IMG/VR virus record: IMGVR_UViG_3300037096_000048
Location: 1 to 57,117 of that record
DNA length: 57,117 nucleotides
Direction: 5' to 3' (one strand)
Origin: a virus
Lineage: Duplodnaviria > Caudoviricetes
The notes below the pieces were generated by a model. The model did not search any database, had not been told where the DNA came from, and saw only the letters and a list, made by a program, of their open reading frames with translations. A program made the position numbers and the translations under genes. Shown piece by piece: positions 29,501-37,389 of the stretch (within the stretch, counting starts at the first letter, position 1; each line of letters opens with the position of its first letter).

Positions 29501-29818
29501 ATGAACGGGTTTCAAGCGTCGGTTAAAGCAGGTCTGAGTACAAGTCAACACAAGGTAATCACGGCGGGAGTTTATAAACTTTCAGCTTTTACCACAGTGC
29601 TGCCAGTGTCGGGCATCACAGTGACTTTGAGCCAGTCAGGAAGTACGACGGCATCCATTGCTTCGACTCAAACTCAGTTGGGTGAGAGCGTTACTATTGA
29701 GAAGTCCTTTAACTGCGCGATTGGAGATATGCTCATGTGCCAAGTGACTTCATCTACGCCCATGGATCAACCTCCAAACATGATCAAGACTGTAATCAGC
29801 CTGAATAGGATAAGCTAA
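29501..29818 (+). CDS. Small beta-rich virion protein (paralog of previous)
   Basis: FNCAIGD...DQPPNMIKTVISL vs FNITAGD...DNQLNTVKTTVTL. Confidence 0.7.
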   Translation: MNGFQASVKAGLSTSQHKVITAGVYKLSAFTTVLPVSGITVTLSQSGSTTASIASTQTQLGESVTIEKSFNCAIGDMLMCQVTSSTPMDQPPNMIKTVISLNRIS

Positions 29819-30198
29819 TGCGAGTTGCATCAATCGATATGTTACAGCCAACAGGCGGTCTCCCGCTTGACTTGACCGTCAGTCAAGCAACCGCAGGTTT
29901 CTATGTGGGTCAGGCATTTAATTACTCAATTCAAATGGTATGGACTGGCAGTCCTATCGGAAACTTCACTCTTGAAGTTAGCAATGACAGCGGACCATAT
30001 GAAGGCGTTATTACCCCGTCATCCCCCGGTGTAGTAAATTGGGACACATATGTAGGTTCTACCGTTGCAGCCGGTGCGGGATCTGGCTCGTGGCTCTATG
30101 ACGTAACCCTGACAGGCGTGCGCTGGGTGCGCCTGGTATACACTGCAACCGCATCTGTCGGATCACTAGTGTCCGCTAGATTGAATCCTAAAGGATAA
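29818..30198 (+). CDS. Small beta-rich virion protein
   Basis: Paralog of 25831-26223. Confidence 0.7.
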   Translation: MRVASIDMLQPTGGLPLDLTVSQATAGFYVGQAFNYSIQMVWTGSPIGNFTLEVSNDSGPYEGVITPSSPGVVNWDTYVGSTVAAGAGSGSWLYDVTLTGVRWVRLVYTATASVGSLVSARLNPKG

Positions 30199-30201
30199 TT
30201 T

Positions 30202-31107
30202 ATGCCAACCAACGGCTCAACGATCCTACCCCCAACTGGTGGCGGCGCAGGCGGTGCAGATACAGCCCTAGACAATCTGACAACCACGTCTATCAACATG
30301 AGTCTAATTCCCAATAATGATGCGAGTCTATTTTTAGGCGCATCAGGACTTCGATGGGGGGGACTGTATGTCGTCAATATCCTAGACAATTCTGGTACAC
30401 CGGCTATTGACATAACCAATAGAAATCTTGATGATGAGAATGGAAATAGGCAGCTTACTTGGAATTCAACTGTCGGGGTTAAGATATGGAATCAACTAGA
30501 GTTTCAAGCCCCAGGTCAGAGTAGTAGCACGTTCCTTACACAGGCAGCCTCGCCGGATATGGCCAGTGCGTATGAAATCATATGGCCGCCAGCCCAGGGT
30601 GCAGCAACCACAGTTTTAGAGAATGATGGGGCTGGCAACCTAAGTTGGGTGGCAAATGGCGGGAGTACGCCCACATTTGCATCTGCAAAGTATAATACTT
30701 CTTCGCAAGCTATCTATGGTTCCTTGGCACCTCTTCAATGTTCGGTGGCAGAGTTTGATAATCTTACAGCTTACAATCCTGCTACGGGATTATTTACTGT
30801 TCCGGCGGGACAAGCTGGGATTTATATGGTTGGTTTTGGTGTTAACGGTACTACGGCTATGGCCACCTTCACAGATGAATTGATGTTACTAGCCACTTTA
30901 GGACAAAATTCTAATGCAAACGTTACATTGATATCACAGTTAATTTATCAAGTAATCGGCGTTGCATTATCTCCACAAACATCAGCCTGGACAACGATCA
31001 GCGCAGCTGTAGGGGATACACTGTCGGTACAATTGGAGACTTCTACAGATTTTAGTTTAACAGGTGCGGGTGCAGCGAATTGGGTATCTTTTGTACGAGT
31101 TGGATAA
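30202..31107 (+). CDS. Second fibre/spike protein with C1q-like C-terminal domain
   Basis: ADTALDNL...INMSLIP shared with the long fibre; FDNLTAYNPATGLFTVP...GIYMV C1q/TNF-like pattern. Confidence 0.65.
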   Translation: MPTNGSTILPPTGGGAGGADTALDNLTTTSINMSLIPNNDASLFLGASGLRWGGLYVVNILDNSGTPAIDITNRNLDDENGNRQLTWNSTVGVKIWNQLEFQAPGQSSSTFLTQAASPDMASAYEIIWPPAQGAATTVLENDGAGNLSWVANGGSTPTFASAKYNTSSQAIYGSLAPLQCSVAEFDNLTAYNPATGLFTVPAGQAGIYMVGFGVNGTTAMATFTDELMLLATLGQNSNANVTLISQLIYQVIGVALSPQTSAWTTISAAVGDTLSVQLETSTDFSLTGAGAANWVSFVRVG

Positions 31108-31110
31108 GGT

Positions 31111-31356
31111 ATGAGTTTAGACGATAAAATCGACCGTATCGCTGCTGACTTAGGAGATATCAAAGCTCTGCTATTTGCGGAAAGCCAAGCACGGAAAGAC
31201 TTGACCCGGCGCACCGAGGAGTTAGAAAAAGGACTTGAACCGGTGAAATTGCATATCGCCGCAGGTCAAGGCATTGTAAAGTTACTTAGTTTAGCAGCTA
31301 TGATGGCTGCCGCCATGGAAGGCGTAATGGCTCTATTGACCTACTTTAGAAAGTAG
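31111..31356 (+). CDS. Coiled-coil protein with C-terminal TM (holin/antiholin-like candidate)
   Basis: 81 aa; hydrophobic C-terminus; converges on endolysin. Confidence 0.55.
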   Translation: MSLDDKIDRIAADLGDIKALLFAESQARKDLTRRTEELEKGLEPVKLHIAAGQGIVKLLSLAAMMAAAMEGVMALLTYFRK

Positions 31357-31358
31357 GT

Positions 31359-31832
31359 CTACTCCCTTGCATCCAGGATAGCGTAAAATCCTTTGTAATC
31401 AGAAGCATATAGGCAAGCTTCAGCCGCGCGGCGGGCGACTAGCCCTTCCAAAACTTCGCCGCCAGCGTAGATCCATTTTTTAAACTCCGCTGCCACGACA
31501 CCGCTGTCATAACCTTGGTTGATCTTGTTGAGCAGGGTAGAACCGTTGAGCTTATGCAGGCCCTCGTTGTAGGCGAAGTCTACTAAGGCGTCTAGCTCAT
31601 CATCATCTGGTGTAATGGCTAAGATAGCCCTGACACCAGCTTCAACCTTGTCTAGGTCGTCTGCTAGACGGGCATCGGCTTGCTCCTGGGTCCACTCTGT
31701 GCCCTCGGTGATACCTGCACCTGTTGCACCCCAGCCAATAGTCCAGGGCAAACCTGTGGGGCCAGGATCAGGGTAAGCTTTCAACCGACAACTTTCGAAA
31801 GAATGCAACAATTCTAAACCTTTATAATTCAT
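31359..31832 (-). CDS. Endolysin, GH24 lysozyme
   Basis: FESCRLKAYPD...WTIGWG, ALVDFAYN, STLL, GLVARRAAE. Confidence 0.93.
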   Translation of the reverse strand: MNYKGLELLHSFESCRLKAYPDPGPTGLPWTIGWGATGAGITEGTEWTQEQADARLADDLDKVEAGVRAILAITPDDDELDALVDFAYNEGLHKLNGSTLLNKINQGYDSGVVAAEFKKWIYAGGEVLEGLVARRAAEACLYASDYKGFYAILDARE

Positions 31833-32155
31833 TTTTTAACCCTTTTCCATTCATAGACCGTTATTTTTCCATGCCTTTCACCGTTTGTTGAAAAAGCATT
31901 TTTAGCTGCCTCTTCTGTGCCATAGTTCATAAGCCCCGGAGTACCATCACAGTCTAGAATCCAAAGTGTTTTAAACGGAGTTTTCTCTTTAAGTTTTCGG
32001 CATTGTTTGTAGTGGACTTCCATACTTTGGCCACACTTAGTTTTAACCATCATAAAACCACGATCTTTTACGGCAGTAACAGTTAAAGCTTCAACATCTG
32101 AAGCAATATCTGTCCCGTATGCTCGTGCTCTATCCCCAACTTTGAACTTGTTCAT
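31829..32155 (-). CDS. Hypothetical protein (SH3-like N-terminus)
   Basis: MNKFKVGDRAR; coupled overlaps on both sides. Confidence 0.7.
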   Translation of the reverse strand: MNKFKVGDRARAYGTDIASDVEALTVTAVKDRGFMMVKTKCGQSMEVHYKQCRKLKEKTPFKTLWILDCDGTPGLMNYGTEEAAKNAFSTNGERHGKITVYEWKRVKK

Positions 32156-33501
32156 CCTATCTCCAATTTTACAGGTTTTACATTGTACTCATCTCTAAAG
32201 AACTTAACACACGCATTGAAATGTTTCAATAGCCAAGGATGACTAGAATCACGAAAAAGTATCACCTTGGCGCTCTCTTTTCCCGGATACCGCCTGAATG
32301 CCCTACCGCACTGCTGCATGAACTGATTACGGCTCTTTCCACCTCCAGCCAATATGACCCACTCGCAAGCTCTAGTGTCCACGCCTTCTCCCACAACAGA
32401 AGTACCTATCAATGTCTTTAGTTGACCCATACTGAACTCAGCTATCATGTTCTTGCTGCACTCATCCTGGCCATTGGCAAAGGAAGCGTCTGTAAGGCCT
32501 TTGATAGCCTCGCCATGGGCAATCTCCTTGACTAGACATAGGGTACTGGCTTCATTCATATGAAGCGTCTTCATGAGCCAAGCAATCTTACGGTTGCGGC
32601 TTGTGTTGTTCACTACCAACTCAGTGTAGACAGCAGGCCAATAGGTCGGGTCACCTTTCATCTGAACTTTGGGCAAGTCCACGTAGTAGGCTTCGAGCGG
32701 CACGATTCGACCTAGTTCAACGGCCGCTTTGTGCTCTTGACGATAGATTACCTTGGATAAGACGCTTTCAAGCAACAATCGTTCATTTTCATCCGATCTA
32801 AACGGCGTAGCCGTCAACCCGAATCTATAGAAGACATTTGTCCAGGACTTTTGATTGAGTTTACGGTAGGTGGCTGCAGCAGCATGATGAAATTCATCTA
32901 TGATAACACAATCATAGGCTTTGAGAACTTCTTTAGGGTCTAAGGCGTCTACATTTTCAACTGCTATGGGGCACCACTTGTCTGCATTGAGAGGGCCTAC
33001 TAACCCGGTGCCAAACGCGGATCGAAGGGTTTCTGTGAGTTGGCGCTTAAGTTCTAAATTGGGCACTACTACAAGTGTCGGAACTTGCAGTTTATTTATG
33101 ATCATGGCGCATATGACAGACTTACCCGCTCCAGTAGGCGCTACCACTATGCCTCTGCATTGGTCCCCGCAAGCCTCTGCAGCCGCTGTTTGTTCCGGAT
33201 AGGGTGTATGCCTTAAGTTGAGTACTGCCAAGCCTTCACGGGCATGTGGGCGCCGTCTCATGTCATTCCTAAGTACTTGGATCTTAGGAGCTATAAGGAC
33301 AGCCTCTACTAGATAGAGTAAGCCAGTCGGGAAGTTCCCATGCCGATCCATTAGGTTCCTGCAACTGCTTCTGTGCCCCCCGATGTAAAAAGCCTGACTC
33401 GGTGTCAAGTTATATGATAAAATCTTGCGAATCGTGGCAAATTCACTGGGTGAAAGCCCTTCGAGTGAAGACATACTGTTATTTATTGTCAATTTAATCA
33501 T
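32152..33501 (-). CDS. Superfamily II DNA helicase (UvsW-like)
   Basis: APTGAGKS, DEFHH, GLTATP, GEGVD, QQCGRAFR. Confidence 0.92.
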   Translation of the reverse strand: MIKLTINNSMSSLEGLSPSEFATIRKILSYNLTPSQAFYIGGHRSSCRNLMDRHGNFPTGLLYLVEAVLIAPKIQVLRNDMRRRPHAREGLAVLNLRHTPYPEQTAAAEACGDQCRGIVVAPTGAGKSVICAMIINKLQVPTLVVVPNLELKRQLTETLRSAFGTGLVGPLNADKWCPIAVENVDALDPKEVLKAYDCVIIDEFHHAAAATYRKLNQKSWTNVFYRFGLTATPFRSDENERLLLESVLSKVIYRQEHKAAVELGRIVPLEAYYVDLPKVQMKGDPTYWPAVYTELVVNNTSRNRKIAWLMKTLHMNEASTLCLVKEIAHGEAIKGLTDASFANGQDECSKNMIAEFSMGQLKTLIGTSVVGEGVDTRACEWVILAGGGKSRNQFMQQCGRAFRRYPGKESAKVILFRDSSHPWLLKHFNACVKFFRDEYNVKPVKLEIG

Positions 33502-33512
33502 AGTGTTAGCTT

Positions 33513-33541
33513 ATTATATGCCAAGGCAATGTAAAGTTCAA
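33513..33541 (-). promoter_or_regulatory. Sigma70-type promoter for helicase-endolysin operon
   Basis: Minus strand TTGAAC-17 nt-TATAAT, 11 nt before ATG, no SD. Confidence 0.7.
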
Positions 33542-33736
33542 TAATAAATGAATTATTGTATTGACAGAGGAGGTAAAAAGAGGTGTAGTAATGAAGTGGA
33601 CTCGTTATGCCTATTTTTACGAGGGGTTCACTAAAACATTACGACTTGACTTAAAGCTTTTGCTTAAATGTAACATAGTAAAGTTGTAATTGTTAAGTTC
33701 ACGACTCTAGCAAAAATTTTACACACAAAATAATCC

Positions 33737-33765
33737 TTGCATTCCAAATATACCCATGCGATACT
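33737..33765 (+). promoter_or_regulatory. Sigma70-type rightward promoter
   Basis: TTGCAT-17 nt-GATACT with TGn extension, in the divergent AT-rich region. Confidence 0.5.
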
Positions 33766-33827
33766 GATTTCAGTAGACGGACTAAGCTTCCCAAGGCTAA
33801 TCCCTACTACATGTCCCCTCTCCCCAA

Positions 33828-33867
33828 CCCCTAACATATGATGCTGAAATAAATTATATGTTAGGGG
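33828..33867. repeat. 15-bp inverted repeat in divergent intergenic region
   Basis: CCCCTAACATATGAT / ATTATATGTTAGGGG. Confidence 0.8.
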
Positions 33868-33924
33868 ATCTATAACGATTGCATATCCTGCACACCTAGT
33901 GTAGTTTTTACTTAAGGAGACCCT

Positions 33925-34185
33925 ATGAAGCACTTTTTATTGTCTTTTTTCCTGACTCTATATGTGATCGCAATAGTATTCACCGTATGTCTAATCTGTG
34001 GTTGCACAGTGAAACCTAGCACTAAACCGTCCCAGCACGGCTTCTGCACTCATCCGGCGATCAATGGCGGCCAGGTGTTCCCCATTGATGACGCAGCCAC
34101 ATTTGAAGTGGGCAGTGTTAGATTTATTTCCCCTCTCGGTGAAATTACTCTTACCGGAGCACAATGCATATACCAAAAGAATTGA
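33925..34185 (+). CDS. Putative lipoprotein / exported protein
   Basis: SD TAAGGAG; hydrophobic N-terminus ending ICGC. Confidence 0.65.
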   Translation: MKHFLLSFFLTLYVIAIVFTVCLICGCTVKPSTKPSQHGFCTHPAINGGQVFPIDDAATFEVGSVRFISPLGEITLTGAQCIYQKN

Positions 34186-34192
34186 GGGTATA

Positions 34193-34582
34193 ATGGAACA
34201 TAAGTTTAAAATTGGAGACAGAGTCAAGATTAAAGATATTTGCTTACTACCTGGCGTAGTATTAGGTTCTAAAGGAATTATTACCCGCGTGATGAGTAGC
34301 GCCGAATGCATAGTGAAACCGGACAAGTGGACGGCTGCCAAAGATTGGGGATGGATAGCGGGCAGACAGTTTCTAGTGTCTGGTCGTTCTCTTGTAAAAC
34401 TTAAACCGCGCGTTGAAAACTTGATTGTGCGTGCTAATCGCGGCGGAAGGGCGGTGAAAGAGATACTTGAATCATACCCAGGCAAAGTGGAAGTGGATTA
34501 CATCGCTGTGGGCAAGTATAGCCCGGTAGAAAAATATCTGGGGACTGGCCTTTACACGTACCGGCTGAGAAAAAAGAAATGA
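34193..34582 (+). CDS. Hypothetical protein (SH3-like N-terminus)
   Basis: SD GAGGG; MEHKFKIGDRVKI. Confidence 0.7.
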   Translation: MEHKFKIGDRVKIKDICLLPGVVLGSKGIITRVMSSAECIVKPDKWTAAKDWGWIAGRQFLVSGRSLVKLKPRVENLIVRANRGGRAVKEILESYPGKVEVDYIAVGKYSPVEKYLGTGLYTYRLRKKK

Positions 34583-34800
34583 AACTAAGTGAAAAATTTG
34601 CAATCGGCGCTATGGCCACTGTTCTATTCAAAATACTATCCGCTGGAGTCTGTATCAAGTGGAATGGGGATTCTGTGACTCTAGGATCGATAGACGCTGG
34701 CACCGTAGCAGCCCTACTGACCCCGGTGCTAGGAGCCGTGCATCTAGGCACCTGGGTAGAATCCACAAGATGGGAGACTGACCATGATGGTAAAGGCTGA
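34579..34800 (+). CDS. Small two-TM membrane protein (holin candidate)
   Basis: Two hydrophobic segments, charged C-terminus. Confidence 0.55.
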   Translation: MKLSEKFAIGAMATVLFKILSAGVCIKWNGDSVTLGSIDAGTVAALLTPVLGAVHLGTWVESTRWETDHDGKG

Positions 34801-35272
34801 AATAGGCACTATAGCGGTAGCCCTGGTGGTGGCCTTCGCAGCGGGCAGGTGGGCTGCACCAACTAAAGTAGTTTATCACGCCACTAGTGTGACTGCGGAT
34901 AAAAAGACTGAGTCTATCAATACCGATAGTAATCAAAACAAACATATAGAAACAAAAGTGACCCAAAGTGACTCAAAAGACGGCACGAAAGTTGTGGTTA
35001 CGGAAATCACGGAAGACGATGAGACAGTTAGGGCTAAAACTTCAAATACTAGTGAAGAAACCCAAAAGACCGAAACCCGGGACAAGACGGTAATCTATAA
35101 CTCGCCCAAAGTCACCATAAGTGCCCTGGCCGGGCTGTCAGTGCATGACCTCTCCGTCCCATCCCCGGTGTATGGCGCCAGCGTTAGCAAACAAGTCTTA
35201 GGGCCTATCAGCGCGGGCATATGGGGTTTATCCAATGGCGTATTCGGACTATCAATAGGAGTAAGTTTATGA
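34784..35272 (+). CDS. Membrane-anchored protein with C-terminal amphipathic beta-strands (spanin-like candidate)
   Basis: N-terminal TM, T/K/E-rich linker, ends GVFGLSIGVSL. Confidence 0.55.
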   Translation: MMVKAEIGTIAVALVVAFAAGRWAAPTKVVYHATSVTADKKTESINTDSNQNKHIETKVTQSDSKDGTKVVVTEITEDDETVRAKTSNTSEETQKTETRDKTVIYNSPKVTISALAGLSVHDLSVPSPVYGASVSKQVLGPISAGIWGLSNGVFGLSIGVSL

Positions 35273-35430
35273 TGACGACTTGTGTTTGCTGTGGGTTTTC
35301 ATCCGCCTACGCGGATATATATTTAGAACATGTTTGCAGTGTAAAACGAGAGCTGACTGGCGCAGAAAAAGCGGTTGACGCCGCTTGGGAACTGCAGTAC
35401 GATCTAAGTAAAGGGAGACTCAACAAATGA
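35269..35430 (+). CDS. Small zinc-finger-like protein
   Basis: CxxC...HxC; SD AGGAG. Confidence 0.55.
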   Translation: MMTTCVCCGFSSAYADIYLEHVCSVKRELTGAEKAVDAAWELQYDLSKGRLNK

Positions 35431-35846
35431 ACAAAGAAATTATGGAAGTACTAGCTAGCTTAGCAGCGGGCCTGCATGGAGATATCATAGAGGCGTATGT
35501 AACCAGCCCGACGATAGAGGAAGCTGAAAAACTGGCAGCCAAGTTTTTATCCGGTCAAATACATGCCGCTAATGCATTGCGCATCACTGACCTGGATGCT
35601 AGGATGCGCAAAGCTGGAGTCAAATCAGTCCGCGCCGCTGTGTACCTAGAAGAGTGTAACAAAAAAGACAAGAAACCTACCGAAGCCACGCTAATCGCTT
35701 TGATTGATAGTAATGCTCTGGTATGTAGTGAGCAGGTGGCATTCGACACTGCAGAAGTTGACCGCGACTTGCTTCAGAACTACTTCAATGTCTTCAAAGA
35801 GGCACATATTTATTTTCGTGGCCTTAGTCGGGGTCGTTTCGAATGA
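35427..35846 (+). CDS. Helical protein, possibly UvsY-like recombination mediator
   Basis: Coiled-coil, KKPTEA motif, upstream of RecA-like gene. Confidence 0.5.
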   Translation: MNKEIMEVLASLAAGLHGDIIEAYVTSPTIEEAEKLAAKFLSGQIHAANALRITDLDARMRKAGVKSVRAAVYLEECNKKDKKPTEATLIALIDSNALVCSEQVAFDTAEVDRDLLQNYFNVFKEAHIYFRGLSRGRFE

Positions 35847-35926
35847 CAAATCTTTTAGTATACTCTGGAATAGTAGCCGTTTTTTCAATCATGTTTTTTT
35901 TATTCATCTGTGTATTTAAAAGTTAA
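35843..35926 (+). CDS. 27-aa hydrophobic peptide, not in ORF track
   Basis: MTNLLVYSGIVAVFSIMFFLFICVFKS; ATGA overlap. Confidence 0.45.
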   Translation: MTNLLVYSGIVAVFSIMFFLFICVFKS

Positions 35927-35928
35927 AT

Positions 35929-36059
35929 AAAGTTTTCCGGCAGCGGTGTGGGTATCCTTAAGGACACACAGTCCTAGAGTCAAACGGGATGGCCAGCTAG
36001 AATAAGGGCAAGAATAGGCTGGAGTTGTGAGTACCGAATCTCACCTGCCGGAAAACTTT
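35929..36059 (+). ncRNA. tRNA-like multi-arm structured RNA of unknown class
   Basis: Perfect 15-bp closing stem enclosing four hairpins incl. T-arm-like GTGAG-TACCGAAT-CTCAC. Confidence 0.6.
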
Positions 36060-36068
36060 TGAGGATCT

Positions 36069-36977
36069 ATGACCAAAATTGACGTAAATGAGATCGTAGT
36101 TAAGGCCCGCCTACTATACGGCAAGGACACAACAGGCGCTGCTATGCTGGCGACAGGTACTGTACTGCGTAGGCCGTCAAAACCGGAAGAATTCATCCTG
36201 GCACCCAAAGGTCATCCTTGGGTACAGCTGACTGGCACGCTGGGGCTTCCATATGATAGTATCATTCAGGTTGCAGGTGCATACGACTCTGGAAAGTCCA
36301 CCTTAGCCGGTGAATTTATGGCCTCAGCTCAGAAACAAGGCGCATATGTAATCCTTGGCGATTCAGAGAAAAAATTTGACAAGACTCGCTTTGATAAGCA
36401 CTTCGGCGGTGACTCTTCGCAACTGTTAGTCGTTCAAAGCACAATGATTCGCAAACTAGCGGGAGGAATGCTCAAATATGTCAAAACCATCAAAAGCGAC
36501 GATCCTAATTCTAAAATTTTACTTGTGCATGACAGTATTGGCGGTAGCGTTAGTCGCTCTAGAGCAGAGCGTGATATCGACGACGAAAAAAGCAACCAGC
36601 CAGGTAGCGAAGCCGTAGAAAACAGCGACTACATGAAACATATTGTGGCGACTATGGACAAGTACCCCGGCTCCATAACCCTGCTGCTGATCAACCAGAT
36701 GACAGATAAAATAGGTTTTGGGCAGAAAGGTCAGAGCCGCAGTGGTGGTCATAAGATTTCATTCCACTCCAGCCTTATCCTCGAAATGAAAAAGATCAAG
36801 ACCTTAACGAAACAAGTTAACAAAGTTGAGACCAAAGTTGGCATTATAACTCAAGCCAAAGTTGAGAAAAATCACCTCTCGACATCTGAAGTCTCAGTCA
36901 ATAAGATGAACATAATGGTAACGGCAAAAGGATGGCAGGAAACAGATTTCACCTTTGAAGGGAAAGACGATGAGTGA
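36069..36977 (+). CDS. RecA/UvsX-like recombinase
   Basis: Walker A GAYDSGKS, DSEKK, HDSIG, LINQM, SGGHK, VEKNH. Confidence 0.9.
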   Translation: MTKIDVNEIVVKARLLYGKDTTGAAMLATGTVLRRPSKPEEFILAPKGHPWVQLTGTLGLPYDSIIQVAGAYDSGKSTLAGEFMASAQKQGAYVILGDSEKKFDKTRFDKHFGGDSSQLLVVQSTMIRKLAGGMLKYVKTIKSDDPNSKILLVHDSIGGSVSRSRAERDIDDEKSNQPGSEAVENSDYMKHIVATMDKYPGSITLLLINQMTDKIGFGQKGQSRSGGHKISFHSSLILEMKKIKTLTKQVNKVETKVGIITQAKVEKNHLSTSEVSVNKMNIMVTAKGWQETDFTFEGKDDE

Positions 36978-37338
36978 CAATGAAGAGATTCTCCAACTCC
37001 GCGCCGATCGCGACACGCTTCGGGAGGAACTGCGAGACACCTACAAATGTCTCAATGCAGACAGGCTGGAAATAGATCAGCTCCGCGCCGAGCGCGACCA
37101 GCTGAAACAGGAACGCTTTGCACTTCAGGCCCATGTTGCGGAACTGAAAGACGAAGTGCGAAAGGTCCGCACGGTGTCTGCAAGCAGGAACTATGAAATG
37201 GACCGACTCCGCGCCAAGCTCGTGCTAGCTACTGCGGCGCTTCAAATGGTGTATAGCGAATGGGATGCGCCAGATATCTGCTTCAATCAAATTGAAGAAG
37301 CCCTCTCCCGTTGCACGGCAAAGAAAGGGAAGAATTGA
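36970..37338 (+). CDS. Coiled-coil hypothetical protein
   Basis: QLRADRD/QLRAERD repeats. Confidence 0.7.
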   Translation: MSDNEEILQLRADRDTLREELRDTYKCLNADRLEIDQLRAERDQLKQERFALQAHVAELKDEVRKVRTVSASRNYEMDRLRAKLVLATAALQMVYSEWDAPDICFNQIEEALSRCTAKKGKN

Positions 37339-37389
37339 CGACCATTATGGAAACCTAGAGTATGCCATCACAAAAGAAAGAGAGAACTT

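Noticed and set aside
33591-33689. 32-aa ORF in the divergent region
   Set aside because: Its apparent SD overlaps a promoter-like element; too short and unsupported to call
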